Below, piece by piece: positions 19,917 through 29,964 of a DNA stretch of 64,000 bases. The position numbers and the translations under genes are program-made. The DNA lies in assembly GCA_965232515.1 (NCBI GenBank), contig CBDDPY010000002.1:3232001-3296000 (forward strand), in the 5' to 3' direction. The notes under the pieces were generated by a model that saw only the letters and a program-made list of their open reading frames with translations, was not told where the DNA came from and searched no databases. The first letter of the stretch is position 1, and each line of letters begins with the position of its first letter. This DNA comes from Alphaproteobacteria bacterium. GTDB lineage: Bacteria > Pseudomonadota > Alphaproteobacteria > GCA-2731375.

Positions 19917-20519
19917 ATGCTCGATGCCGTCGCCCGAAAACTCGTCGATCCGCCATTGAACGTGGCCGGCCGGTCGCTGGCACGCGCCGGCGTATCGGCG
20001 AATACGGTCACGACGGTCGGCTTCGTCCTTGGCCTTGGATCCGCCGCCGCCATCGCGGTCGAGGCCTATGGCGCCGGCTTGTTCCTGTTCGCGCTCAATC
20101 GCCTCGCCGACGGTCTCGACGGCGCCGTGGCGCGGGCGCGGCGCAAGACCGATATCGGTGGCTATCTCGATATCGTGCTGGATTTCCTGGTCTATGCCGC
20201 CGTCGTCGTCGGTTTTGCCGCCGCGCGGCCGGAGAACGCCCTGCCGGCGGCACTGCTGCTGGCGACCTTCATCGGCACCGGCACCACGTTTCTCACGTTC
20301 GCCATCTTCGCCGCCAAGCATGGACTGGAAACGCAGTCGCGGGGCGCGAAGTCGCTCTACTATCTGGGCGGCCTGACCGAAGGCACGGAGACAATCATCT
20401 TCTTCGTGCTGTTCTGTCTGCTGCCGAGTTGGTTTCCGACATTGGCCTATATCTTTGCGGCCGGCTGTGTGATCACCACTACATCGCGCATCGCCATTGC
20501 CGTGCGAACGTTCCGCTGA
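19917..20519 (+). CDS. CDP-alcohol phosphatidyltransferase family protein (YnjF-like)
   Basis: DGLDGAVAR...GGYLDIVLD signature and GLTEGTET. Confidence 0.88.
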   Translation: MLDAVARKLVDPPLNVAGRSLARAGVSANTVTTVGFVLGLGSAAAIAVEAYGAGLFLFALNRLADGLDGAVARARRKTDIGGYLDIVLDFLVYAAVVVGFAAARPENALPAALLLATFIGTGTTFLTFAIFAAKHGLETQSRGAKSLYYLGGLTEGTETIIFFVLFCLLPSWFPTLAYIFAAGCVITTTSRIAIAVRTFR

Positions 20520-20539
20520 TTCGTCATGCGGAGATACCC

Positions 20540-20992
20540 ATGATCTGGAAAACCTTCGCCGAGCTGAGCACCGACGAACTCTACGCCATCCTGAAGCTGC
20601 GCCAGGACGTCTTCGTCATCGAGCAGACCTGTCTGTTCCGCGACATCGACGGCCGCGACCGGGACGCGCACCATCTGCTCGCCGGGTGGCAAGCGCCGGA
20701 AACGCTTGGCGGCTGTCTGCGTCTGATGCCGCCGGCGGACGAACAGAACGCCGTCAGCATCGGTCGCGTCGTCGTACATGCCGATCAACGCCGCACCGGC
20801 CTCGGCCGGCAGATGATGGTGGAATCGATCGCCTATGCCGAGCGAACGTTCGGGCCGGCGCCGGTGGCGGTGTCGGCGCAGACCTATCTCGAAAAGTTCT
20901 ACAATGGGCTCGGCTTCGAACGCTGCTCGGACAACTATCTCGACGAGGGCGACATTCCGCACCTCGACATGCTGCGGCCGGCGTCCACCTAG
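20540..20992 (+). CDS. elaA: GNAT acetyltransferase, ElaA-like
   Basis: LYAILKLRQDVFVIEQ, SIGRV, SAQTYLEKFY..LGF, IPHLDM. The true start lies inside track ORF 19874..20992. Confidence 0.88.
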   Translation: MIWKTFAELSTDELYAILKLRQDVFVIEQTCLFRDIDGRDRDAHHLLAGWQAPETLGGCLRLMPPADEQNAVSIGRVVVHADQRRTGLGRQMMVESIAYAERTFGPAPVAVSAQTYLEKFYNGLGFERCSDNYLDEGDIPHLDMLRPAST

Positions 20993-21001
20993 GGCCGATC
21001 G

Positions 21002-22393
21002 CTAAGCCATCGGGGGGCGGCCGATGGGATCGACGGCGGCCTCGAAGGCGGCGCCGATGCGGATGGCCATGGCCTCGTCGTGCGGACGGGCCATGATCTG
21101 GAGCGAACCCGGCAGGCCGTCCGACGTCAGGCCGTTCGGCAGCGACAGGCCGCACATGCCGAGATAGTTCGCCGCGCGGGTGAAGTAGGCCGGCGTCGAT
21201 GTCTGGTCGACGCTTTCGACCGGGACAGCAGAGGTCGGCGCGGTCGGTGTCAGCACCGCGTCGAACCCGCGCATCCGCTCGAGGAAGTCGGCCTGATCCT
21301 GCCTTCGTTGCAGGCAGGCGGCGATATAGGCCTTGGCGCTGATCTCGCGGCCGCCCATGATCCGCGGCCGCACGTCCTCGTCCACCAAATCGGTATTTTG
21401 CTCGTAGAGCCAGCCCTGATGGTGATAGCCCTCGGACGCGATCAGGATGCCGGTGCCGTCCTTCAGCGCGTCGAACGACAGCGGCGGCTCGAAGGGCGCG
21501 ATCTCGGCGCCGAGGCCCACCAGGGTCTCCAGGCTGGCGTCGTAGAGGCGCAAGGTCTCGGCGTCGACGACCGCGCGCTCGGCCTCGGTCAGGCTGCCGA
21601 GACGCAGGCCGGCAACGCCCTTGGTCAGCATGGCGAACAGGCCGTCGCCAGATTGCCAGTCCGCCTCCGTGTCGGCGGGATGCCGGCCGTCCATCACCTC
21701 GAACATCTGCACGGCGTCCATGACGCTGCGCGCCATCGGGCCGGGCGTGTCGAGCGTATGCGACAGCGGCAGGATACCGTCGGTCGGCAGCCGACCCTCG
21801 GTCACCTTCAGGCCGACGATGCCGCACCAGGCGGCCGGCAGCCGGACCGAGCCGCCGGTATCGGTGCCGACGGCGCAGGCCGCGAGGCCGGCGGCGACGG
21901 CGACGCCCGAGCCACTGGACGAGCCGCCCGGCGTTCGTTTGACATCTGCGTCCCAGGGATTCCAGGGCGTGCCCATGCGCTGGTTGGTGCCCCAACCGCC
22001 CATGGCGACCTCGACGGTCTTGGTCTTGCCGATCAGCACGCCGCCGGCGGCGATCAGCCGCTTGGCGATCGTCGCGGTCGTCGGCGAGACCCGATCTTGC
22101 ATGGCTTCCGAGCCGCCGGTGGTGATCCGGCCCTCGAGATCGACGATGTCTTTCAGAGCAAACGGCACGCCGTGGAACGGGCCGATGCGGTGACCGCTGC
22201 GGATCGCGGCCTCGGCCGCCCGTGCCGCCTGCCGGGCTTCGTCGGCATAGACGACCTGCCAGGCGCCGAGCTTGACATCGAGACGTTCGATACGGTCGAG
22301 CACGGAGTCGACGACCTCGACCGGACTGGCATCGCCCCGCCGGTACGCCTCGGCCAGTTCGTGTATCTGCGTGAAACCGAAATCGGTCGCCAT
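21002..22393 (-). CDS. Amidase signature family enzyme
   Basis: ALKD (Lys), PGGSSSGS, GTDTGGSVRLPA (Ser-cisSer-Lys triad). Confidence 0.93.
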   Translation of the reverse strand: MATDFGFTQIHELAEAYRRGDASPVEVVDSVLDRIERLDVKLGAWQVVYADEARQAARAAEAAIRSGHRIGPFHGVPFALKDIVDLEGRITTGGSEAMQDRVSPTTATIAKRLIAAGGVLIGKTKTVEVAMGGWGTNQRMGTPWNPWDADVKRTPGGSSSGSGVAVAAGLAACAVGTDTGGSVRLPAAWCGIVGLKVTEGRLPTDGILPLSHTLDTPGPMARSVMDAVQMFEVMDGRHPADTEADWQSGDGLFAMLTKGVAGLRLGSLTEAERAVVDAETLRLYDASLETLVGLGAEIAPFEPPLSFDALKDGTGILIASEGYHHQGWLYEQNTDLVDEDVRPRIMGGREISAKAYIAACLQRRQDQADFLERMRGFDAVLTPTAPTSAVPVESVDQTSTPAYFTRAANYLGMCGLSLPNGLTSDGLPGSLQIMARPHDEAMAIRIGAAFEAAVDPIGRPPMA

Positions 22394-22410
22394 GTCCCTA
22401 CCCCGCCATC

Positions 22411-23178
22411 TCAATCGATCTGGTAATCAAGCCATTCCTGGATCATCTCGCGCAACTGCTGATCGTCGCCGAAGGTCTCGCGGCTGCCCTCGGCGCGCGT
22501 GGCACCGAGGTCGAGCACGTAGATGTGGTCCGACACGGCGGCGCACTGGCGCACGTTCTGATCGACCAGCACCACCGTGATGCCGTGTTCCGGCAGACCG
22601 GCGATGAAATCGTAGAGCTCGCGCGACAGGCGCGGCGCGATCATCGCCGTCGGCTCGTCGAGCAAGACGATCTCCGGCTCCAGCACCAGCGAGCGGCCGA
22701 GCTCGAGAAAGCGCTGCTGGCCGCCGGACATGGTGCCGGCGAGGTCGGCGCGCTTCTCGCGCAGCGCCGGGAACATCTCGTAGACGCGGTCGAGCGCCTG
22801 CTGCACGCGCGGCTTGTCGCGACGGAAGTGCCAGCAACCGAGACGCAGGTTGTCCTCGACCGAGAGGTCGTTGAACAGGCTGCGGTTCTGCGGCACGAAG
22901 CTGACGCCGCGCGTCACCATCTCGGACGGCGAGCGGCCGTTCACGACCTCACCGCGAAGACGGATCTCGCCGCGCGACGGCGTCAGGAATCCGTACATGG
23001 TCTTGAGCGCCGTCGACTTGCCGGCGCCGTTCGGGCCGATGATGCCGGTGACGACGCCGCGCCGGACCTTCAGCGACAGCCCGTTCAGGACCGAGATGTC
23101 GCCGTGATAGGCGGCATAGACGTCGCTCATCTCGATGACGATGTCGTCCGCACTGGTCGCTGTCGCCGGCATGGTCAT
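22411..23178 (-). CDS. ABC ATP-binding protein, LivF-like
   Basis: GPNGAGKS, MSGGQQ, LLDEP. Confidence 0.88.
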   Translation of the reverse strand: MTMPATATSADDIVIEMSDVYAAYHGDISVLNGLSLKVRRGVVTGIIGPNGAGKSTALKTMYGFLTPSRGEIRLRGEVVNGRSPSEMVTRGVSFVPQNRSLFNDLSVEDNLRLGCWHFRRDKPRVQQALDRVYEMFPALREKRADLAGTMSGGQQRFLELGRSLVLEPEIVLLDEPTAMIAPRLSRELYDFIAGLPEHGITVVLVDQNVRQCAAVSDHIYVLDLGATRAEGSRETFGDDQQLREMIQEWLDYQID

Positions 23179-23181
23179 GGC

Positions 23182-23898
23182 TCAGTTCCCGAGATAGGCC
23201 TCGATCACATCTGGGTTGTCGCGCACGTCGGCGACGCCGCCCTCGGCGATGATCTCGCCCTGGTTCAGCACCAGCAAGTGGTCCGACAGCCGGTAGATCG
23301 AGGTCAGGTCGTGGCTGACCAGCAGAAACGTGGTGCCAGCCGCGCGCATGGTCTCGATCTCCTGGATCATGATGCGGCAGAGGCTGGGATTGACACCAGC
23401 AAACGGCTCGTCGAGCAGGATGAGCTGCGGATCGAACATCATCACGCGGGCCAACTCCAGCAGCTTCTGCTGGCCGCCCGACAGCTCCTCGCCGTTGTTG
23501 GCGCGCAGGTCGTAGAGGTTGACGCGGGCGAGGCAAGCCTCGGCCTGCTCGGTCAACTCGGCATCGCTGAGATCGGAGCCGAGCACCGGGATCATCAGGT
23601 TGTCGATCAGCGACAGGCGATGAAACGTGCGCGGCACTTGAAACGTGCGGCCGACGCCATGCGCGGCGATCTCGTGCGGCGTGCGACGGGTGATGTCATG
23701 GCCGTCGAACGCGACATGGCCGGCGTCGGTGCGGTAGATGCCGTTGATGCAGTTCATCAGCGTGGTCTTGCCGGCGCCGTTGATGCCGATCAGACCGACT
23801 ATGTTGCCGCGATTCACCGTGAAGCTGACCTCGCGCACGGCGATCAGGCCGCCGAAACGCTTGACCAGGCCGTCGACGCTGAGCAACGCCGCGCTCAC
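23182..23898 (-). CDS. ABC ATP-binding protein, LivG-like
   Basis: GINGAGKT, RTFQ, LSGGQQK, DEPFAGVNP, VIEAYLG. Confidence 0.9.
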   Translation of the reverse strand: MSAALLSVDGLVKRFGGLIAVREVSFTVNRGNIVGLIGINGAGKTTLMNCINGIYRTDAGHVAFDGHDITRRTPHEIAAHGVGRTFQVPRTFHRLSLIDNLMIPVLGSDLSDAELTEQAEACLARVNLYDLRANNGEELSGGQQKLLELARVMMFDPQLILLDEPFAGVNPSLCRIMIQEIETMRAAGTTFLLVSHDLTSIYRLSDHLLVLNQGEIIAEGGVADVRDNPDVIEAYLGN

Positions 23899-24815
23899 CG
23901 GCTGCGCTCCAGGCCGAACAGGCCGGCGGGTTTCAGGAAGATCACCGCGACCAGGATCATGAAACCCAGCATCTGCGCCGCGGCCTGCGGCAGCAGCACG
24001 TTCGACATCTGCTCGACCAGGCCGAACAGGATGCCGGCGGCGAGCGCCCCGACGGGATGGCCGAGGCCGCCCAGCACGATGACGATGAAGCCGATCAGCG
24101 TGAAGTCGGCACCTCCGTTCGGGTCGATGGACGGCACGACCAGCGTCATGACCACGCCGGTGACGCCGGCCAATGCGGCGGCGAGGCCGAAGGCCCAGGC
24201 CGAGAGGCGGTGGATGTCGATGCCGACGATCTGCACGGCCTCGCGGTTCATGATCGCTGCCCGCATGGCCTTGCCCGGCAGCGTGCGGTAGAGGAACCAG
24301 GTCATGGCAATGATGATGGCGGCGTTGATGCCCAGCGCCACCAGCCGCGCCGTCGGCACGATGACCCGGCCGTCGCGGCCCGGACCGTAGGCGTCCTCCA
24401 CCGTGAACAGCACGATGTTGATGGGATCGAAGCTGAAATTCACCGGCCGGACGTCGGCCTCGAAGATCCAGATCATCGACGAGACCAGCATCAGCGAGAC
24501 GCCGAACATCAAGAGGAAACTCGAGGTCTCGGGCTCGTCCGAGCGCGCCAGCCGCGGGATCAGCAGGTAGTAGAGGCCATAACCCGCGACGAAGAAGGCG
24601 GCGGCGGCCACGGGCAGCGTATAGAGCGGATTGAGCCCGAGGAAGGTCAGCATCACGTAGGCGAAAAACCCGCCGGCGATGATGAACTCGCCGTGCGCGA
24701 AGTTGATGATGCGCAGCACGCCGCAGAGCACGTTCAGGCTGGCGCCGATCAGCGCATAGACCGCGCCGAAGACGATCCCGCCCAGAAGTCCGTTGATCAG
24801 CAGCACCGAGTTCAT
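23895..24815 (-). CDS. ABC permease, LivH-like
   Basis: GVLRIINFAHGEF, VLGGLG. Confidence 0.88.
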   Translation of the reverse strand: MNSVLLINGLLGGIVFGAVYALIGASLNVLCGVLRIINFAHGEFIIAGGFFAYVMLTFLGLNPLYTLPVAAAAFFVAGYGLYYLLIPRLARSDEPETSSFLLMFGVSLMLVSSMIWIFEADVRPVNFSFDPINIVLFTVEDAYGPGRDGRVIVPTARLVALGINAAIIIAMTWFLYRTLPGKAMRAAIMNREAVQIVGIDIHRLSAWAFGLAAALAGVTGVVMTLVVPSIDPNGGADFTLIGFIVIVLGGLGHPVGALAAGILFGLVEQMSNVLLPQAAAQMLGFMILVAVIFLKPAGLFGLERSR

Positions 24816-24822
24816 AGCCGGC

Positions 24823-25842
24823 TCACATGATGTACCGGCGGACGCGCGGATAGCGCTGCATCAGCGAACCCACGATGCCGCGCGGCACGAACAGGATCAG
24901 GGCCGCGATGATCAGGCCCAGGAGGAAGTTATTGAGCACCGGAAACGACCGCCAGATCAGCTCGTCGACCCAGACCAGCACGACGGTGCCGATCAGCGGA
25001 CCGAGCACGGTGCCAAGCCCGCCGGCCATGGCGTAGATCACGGTCTTGGCGGTGATCAGCACGTCGAACGCCGTCTGCGGATCGAGCGCGCCCGTAAACC
25101 AGGCCTGCACGCCGCCGGTCAGCGCCGCGAACAGCGCCGACAAGAGCCAGGCGAACAGCCGCGAGCGCGGTACGTTGACGCCCATGGCCTCGGCCGCCTC
25201 GGGATCGTCGCGGATCGCCTTCAGCGCCTTGCCCAAGCGCGAGCGGGCGAGCCAGGACGCGGTCAGCAGCGCCAGCACCAGGACCAGCAGCATCGTGTAG
25301 TAGCCGTGCTCGCGCACGGTGATAACGCCGAGATTGATGCCGAGGCTGCCGCCGGTGATCTCTTCGGGCAGTAGCGAGACCAGCCGCTGACAGATGATCG
25401 CGAGCGACAGGCTGACGATGGCGAAATAAATGCCCGACAGCCTGAGCGTCGGCGCGAACAGCAAGGCCAGCAGCACGCCGACGCCACCGGCAATCGGCAC
25501 CGCGGCGTAGACCGACAACCCAAGCACCTTGACGGCGATGCCGGTCGTATAGGTGCCGATGCCGTAGAAGGCGACATAGCCGAACGGCATGTAGCCGGCG
25601 AACCCGGCGATGAAGTTCAGGCCCGTCGCCAGCGTCACCCACATCATCAGCGAGAAATAAAGCGACAGGTTGCCGCCGGCCGGCGGCACGGCCGCGCACC
25701 AGACCAGGATCAGGCCGACCAGCCCATACCAGATCAGCCGCCGCACGGTGTCGGCGTTGCCAAGGCGCGGCTTGGCGATTTCCTGCGTCGTCTGCTGCGT
25801 CATGCGGTGTTTGACGGAAGGAATTGCAGGGTCCAGACTCAT
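24823..25842 (-). CDS. ABC permease, LivM-like
   Basis: GFAGYMPFG, LRLSGIYFAI, ITGG, AIRDD. The start could alternatively be 25803. Confidence 0.86.
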   Translation of the reverse strand: MSLDPAIPSVKHRMTQQTTQEIAKPRLGNADTVRRLIWYGLVGLILVWCAAVPPAGGNLSLYFSLMMWVTLATGLNFIAGFAGYMPFGYVAFYGIGTYTTGIAVKVLGLSVYAAVPIAGGVGVLLALLFAPTLRLSGIYFAIVSLSLAIICQRLVSLLPEEITGGSLGINLGVITVREHGYYTMLLVLVLALLTASWLARSRLGKALKAIRDDPEAAEAMGVNVPRSRLFAWLLSALFAALTGGVQAWFTGALDPQTAFDVLITAKTVIYAMAGGLGTVLGPLIGTVVLVWVDELIWRSFPVLNNFLLGLIIAALILFVPRGIVGSLMQRYPRVRRYIM

Positions 25843-25941
25843 GCCACCAACATGAAACCGGCCCCCTGCAACGGGGAACAGGTCGGATTGTCAGACACCC
25901 GATCCGTCAGTGTCAATTAATCAACAACAGGGGAGTCGAAA

Positions 25942-27168
25942 ATGACCCTTTCTCGCAGAACCATGCTCGCCGCGACGGCAGCCCTGGCCGCCGGCGTTCT
26001 CGCATCGGCGGAATTCGCCGCCGCCGCCGAGCCGATCAAGATCGGCATGACCGTGTCGTCGACCGGCCGCTTCGCGCTGGCCGCGCAGTCCGGCGAGCGC
26101 GGCCTGAAGATCTGGATCGACGACGTCAACAGCCGCGGCGGCATTACGGTCGGCGGCGAGCAGCGCAAGATCGAGCTGGTCACGCTCGACGACCGCAGCG
26201 ACAAAACCATGGTGCCCCGCGTCTACGAGACGCTGATCAAGGACTACGACGTCGACATCGCCTTCGGGCCGTTCGGCTCGACGCTGACCGGCGCCGCGGC
26301 GAACACGACCGAGCAGTACGGCAAGTTTCTGACCATCTGGTCGGCCTCGTCGGACGCGATCTACAATCAGGGCTACAAGTACGTGGTCTCGGCTTCGCAG
26401 ATCGCCGCCTCGCGGCTGGGTCATCCGAGCGTCAAGGCCCTGAACGCCATGGGCGTGAAAACCGTCGCGTTTGCCTATCTCGACGAGCCGTTCCCGGCCG
26501 GCATCACCAAGGGCGCCGCCGATCTCGCCAAGGAACTTGGCATGGAAGTGGTGATGATGGAGAAGTTCGCCAAAGGCACGAAGGACTTCTCGGTGATCAT
26601 CCAGAAGGCGCTGGCCTCGGGCGCGGACGCCTTCTATCCGACGTCGTACGAGGGCGACCAGATGATCATCGCGCGGCAGCTGCGCGAGCTCGACGCCAGT
26701 TTCCCGGCGACATACATGGTCTACGCCTCGCAGCCGCAGTTCCTGGAGATCGGCCAGGATGCCGACTATCTGGTCAGCCAGACCCTGCTGCACGACAAGA
26801 TCAACTGGAAGGTCAACGCGGGCCTGAGCCGGGCCGAGGTGGTCGAGCGCTATGGCAAGCTGTACCCGGACGTCGCCTATCCGGCCGATTTCCAGACCGC
26901 GCTCGCCTATTCCGCCGGCGCCGTGCTGGAGGAGATCATCAAGAAGGCCGACTCGCTGGAGCCAGCGAAGCTGAAGCAGGCGGCGCTCGACCTCAACGAC
27001 AAGATCACGGTGATGACCGGGCCGTACCACATCGAGGAGAGCGGCAAGCAGATCAATATGGAATTCGTGATCATGCAGAACCAGAAAAACGGTCCGGAGG
27101 TCGTCTACCCGGCCGAGATCGCGACGGCGAAGCCGGTCTTCCCAATGCCGCCTTATTCGAAGCGGTGA
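25942..27168 (+). CDS. ABC substrate-binding protein (LivK-like) with twin-arginine-type signal
   Basis: SRRTML signal, PIKIG, NSRGGI, GPFGS, VVYP. Confidence 0.88.
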   Translation: MTLSRRTMLAATAALAAGVLASAEFAAAAEPIKIGMTVSSTGRFALAAQSGERGLKIWIDDVNSRGGITVGGEQRKIELVTLDDRSDKTMVPRVYETLIKDYDVDIAFGPFGSTLTGAAANTTEQYGKFLTIWSASSDAIYNQGYKYVVSASQIAASRLGHPSVKALNAMGVKTVAFAYLDEPFPAGITKGAADLAKELGMEVVMMEKFAKGTKDFSVIIQKALASGADAFYPTSYEGDQMIIARQLRELDASFPATYMVYASQPQFLEIGQDADYLVSQTLLHDKINWKVNAGLSRAEVVERYGKLYPDVAYPADFQTALAYSAGAVLEEIIKKADSLEPAKLKQAALDLNDKITVMTGPYHIEESGKQINMEFVIMQNQKNGPEVVYPAEIATAKPVFPMPPYSKR

Positions 27169-27197
27169 TTGGAGGCATCAACCGTCACTTACCACCG

Positions 27198-27228
27198 GAA
27201 GCCGCCCTCAGGGCGGCTTCTTTGCTTT
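27198..27228 (+). terminator. Rho-independent terminator
   Basis: gaagccgccc-tca-gggcggcttc followed by tttgcttt. Confidence 0.7.
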
Positions 27229-27247
27229 CGAGGGCAACGCATTGCGT

Positions 27248-27336
27248 CTGGATTACCGGGTCAAGCCCGGTAATGACGAGTCAGGGCTGGTTTCGATACC
27301 CATTTCGTCATGCCCGTGCTTGACACGGGCATCCAG
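27248..27336. repeat. Inverted pair of CGTC-tagged REP-like palindromes
   Basis: ctggattaccgggtcaagcccggtaatgacg (27248-27278) and cgtcatgcccgtgcttgacacgggcatccag (27306-27336). Confidence 0.8.
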
Positions 27337-27365
27337 CGGCCACGAAACCATGTGCCAGTTATCCG

Positions 27366-29162
27366 TTAAAGGTACCGGTCAAGAAACTCGGCCATGGCGC
27401 CGTAGATCTTGATGCGGTTCGGCAGCTTCATGAAGCCGTGGCCTTCGTCGGGCACCGTCACATAGTCCACCGGCAAGCCGCGGTCGCGAAGCGCGGCGAC
27501 AATCTGTTCGCTTTCGTGCGGCGGCACGCGGGGGTCCATCAGGCCCTGGGCGACGAACAACGGGACCTGAATGCGGTCGACCTTGTGGATCGGCGAGATC
27601 GATTTCAGGAAGTCGGCGTCGCGCACGGGGTCGCCGTATTCCATGGCCCGGTGCTTGCGCCGCCAGGGGCCCGTGCGCTCGAAGAAGGTCTGGAAATCGG
27701 CAATGCCGTAGAAGTTGACGGCGGTCTTCCAGAGGTCGGGATACTCGGTGATCGCGGCCAGCACCATGAAACCGCCATAGCTGCCGCCATAGACGGCGAT
27801 GCGCGCATCGTCGATGTCGGCGCGCGCCCCGAGCCAGAGCCGCGCGTGCTTGAGGTCGGCGACGCTGTCCATGCGCTTGTAGACGTCGTCGAGCGCCGCG
27901 TAGGCCGCGCCATAGCCGGTGCTGCCGCGCACGTTCGGCGCCAGAACGGCATAGCCGCGGGCCAGCAGGAACTGAATGTCGGGGCGGAACTCCGGCAAAT
28001 ACTGCGATTCCGGCCCGCCGTGCACGAAGATCACGGCCGGGAAACCTGCCGCCGGCGCTTGCCCCGGCGGCAGGTAAAGGAAGGCCGGGATGCGACGGTC
28101 GTCGAAGGTCTGGAAGTGGATCAGCTGCGGCTCGATCCAACTCGACCGATCAGCGCCGGCACGGTCGCTCCGCGTAATCTGACGCACCGTGTCGTCGTTC
28201 AGATCCCAGAGCCAGATGTCGGCATTGTGGGTCGAACCGTTTAGCGCGAAGGCGAGGCGCTCGCCGTCCGGCGACCAGTCGAGCGCCGTGATCTTGCCGG
28301 GTGGCAGGGGCGGCGCCTCGGTTGTTTCGCCGTTCGCCAGGTCGTGCACCGCCAGACGAGCGTAGCCGTCGACGTTGGTGACGGAGGCGAGACGCGTTTC
28401 GTCCTTCGACAACGCGATTTCCTCGACATCGTTGTCGGGCGTGTACAGCCAGACCAGCTCGCCGCTGGCGGTATCGAACAGCGCGATACCGAGATGATCG
28501 CGACCCTGGTTGGTCAGCGCATAGATGCCGGCGCCGTCCGCGCGCCAGCGGCAGCACTGATAGCGGCAACGGTCGGCATGGCGGGTGAAGGGCTGCCGCT
28601 CGCCGGTCTTGACCGTCAGCAGGTGCAACTCCTGATCGGACGAGCCGGTGCTTTCGAGCAACAGCAGCCGCGCCGTATCGGGCGCGATGGCGGCAACCGT
28701 GTACCAGCCGTCGGCGTCGAACACGCGCGTCGCCTCGCCGCTGGCGACGTCCATGACGAAAGCGTCCATCAAGGCCGGATCGCGGCGGTTGGCCGTGAAG
28801 GCGATGTTGGCGCCGTCGCGCGACCAGCCGCCCCAATTGTGCATCACGTCCGGTAGCTCGGTGAGCGCCGTTGACGCCGCCCCGTTTGACAGCAGGTGGA
28901 ACTGGTGCCGCTCGTCGCCGCCGGAATCCATCACATAGATCAGGTCGTCGCGATCGGGCGCATAGGCGATGTTGCTGACCGCATCGTCATGGAAGGTCAG
29001 CTGGCGCGAGGCCGCGTCGGGATCAGAGAGATCGAGGGCCCAGACCTGCCAGACGCCGCTCTCGTTCGAGAGATAGGCGAGCGTACAGCCGTCCGGCGCG
29101 AATTTCGGCGTCGTCGCGCTGCGGACGTTCAGAAACTGTTCGACGGAAACGGAGTGCGCCAT
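27366..29162 (-). CDS. S9 family serine peptidase (beta-propeller plus catalytic domain)
   Basis: WSPDG-type propeller repeats, HGGP, PNVRGSTGYG, GGSYGG, DPRV, DEGHG. Confidence 0.93.
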   Translation of the reverse strand: MAHSVSVEQFLNVRSATTPKFAPDGCTLAYLSNESGVWQVWALDLSDPDAASRQLTFHDDAVSNIAYAPDRDDLIYVMDSGGDERHQFHLLSNGAASTALTELPDVMHNWGGWSRDGANIAFTANRRDPALMDAFVMDVASGEATRVFDADGWYTVAAIAPDTARLLLLESTGSSDQELHLLTVKTGERQPFTRHADRCRYQCCRWRADGAGIYALTNQGRDHLGIALFDTASGELVWLYTPDNDVEEIALSKDETRLASVTNVDGYARLAVHDLANGETTEAPPLPPGKITALDWSPDGERLAFALNGSTHNADIWLWDLNDDTVRQITRSDRAGADRSSWIEPQLIHFQTFDDRRIPAFLYLPPGQAPAAGFPAVIFVHGGPESQYLPEFRPDIQFLLARGYAVLAPNVRGSTGYGAAYAALDDVYKRMDSVADLKHARLWLGARADIDDARIAVYGGSYGGFMVLAAITEYPDLWKTAVNFYGIADFQTFFERTGPWRRKHRAMEYGDPVRDADFLKSISPIHKVDRIQVPLFVAQGLMDPRVPPHESEQIVAALRDRGLPVDYVTVPDEGHGFMKLPNRIKIYGAMAEFLDRYL

Positions 29163-29196
29163 CGTCCGATCTCTTCTCCCCTGACGGCTGCGGCGG

Positions 29197-29964
29197 TTAC
29201 GCGGAGAGCTTGTGGGCGTAACCGCGGCTCGATTCCAGCAACTCGCGAGAATAGGCGTGCTGGCAGCGGTTCGCCATCAGATCGTCGACATCGAGCGTTT
29301 CCAGGATCGCGCCGTGGTTCATCACCGCGACGCGCTCGCACATATGCACGACGACGCCGAGATCATGGCTGACGAGAATGTAGGTCAGATCCTCGATGCG
29401 CCGGATCTCGGCGAACAAGTTCAGGATCTCGGCCTGCACAGATACATCCAGCGCCGAGGTCGGTTCGTCGAGCAACAGCACCTTCGGCTCGACGATCAGC
29501 GCGCGGGCGATGGCGACGCGCTGACGCTGGCCGCCGGAGAGCTGATGCGGATAGCGGAAGCGAAAATCCGGGCCGAGGCCGACCTCGCGCAGCACCTTGT
29601 CGATACGGCGGTTGGGGTCATCGAGATTGTGGATGCGGATCGGCTCCATCAGCGTGCTGTTGACGGTATGGCGCGGATGCAGCGAGCCGTACGGGTCCTG
29701 GAACACCATCTGCACCAGCTTGTAGAACGACTTTTCGCGACGCGGCGTCATGCGCTGGCCGGCAATGGTGATTTCGCCGGTCCAGGCGCGGTTGAGGCCG
29801 CACAGCGCCTTCAGGATCGTAGTCTTGCCGCAGCCGGATTCGCCGACCAGACCGAACACTTCGCCGGCGCCGACCGAGAAGCTGACGCCGTCGACGGCGT
29901 TGACCCGCGATGCGCCGTGGCCGAACGACATGCGAAGATCGCTGACGTCGATCAGCGCGCTCAC
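29197..29964 (-). CDS. Peptide ABC ATP-binding protein, DppF-like
   Basis: GESGCGKT, VFQDP, YPHQLSGGQRQR. Confidence 0.9.
   Translation of the reverse strand: MSALIDVSDLRMSFGHGASRVNAVDGVSFSVGAGEVFGLVGESGCGKTTILKALCGLNRAWTGEITIAGQRMTPRREKSFYKLVQMVFQDPYGSLHPRHTVNSTLMEPIRIHNLDDPNRRIDKVLREVGLGPDFRFRYPHQLSGGQRQRVAIARALIVEPKVLLLDEPTSALDVSVQAEILNLFAEIRRIEDLTYILVSHDLGVVVHMCERVAVMNHGAILETLDVDDLMANRCQHAYSRELLESSRGYAHKLSA

Noticed and set aside
19874-20992. 372-aa fusion or frameshift between the YnjF-like gene and elaA
   Set aside because: The upstream part is an off-frame shadow; elaA has its own GGAG RBS and ATG at 20540.
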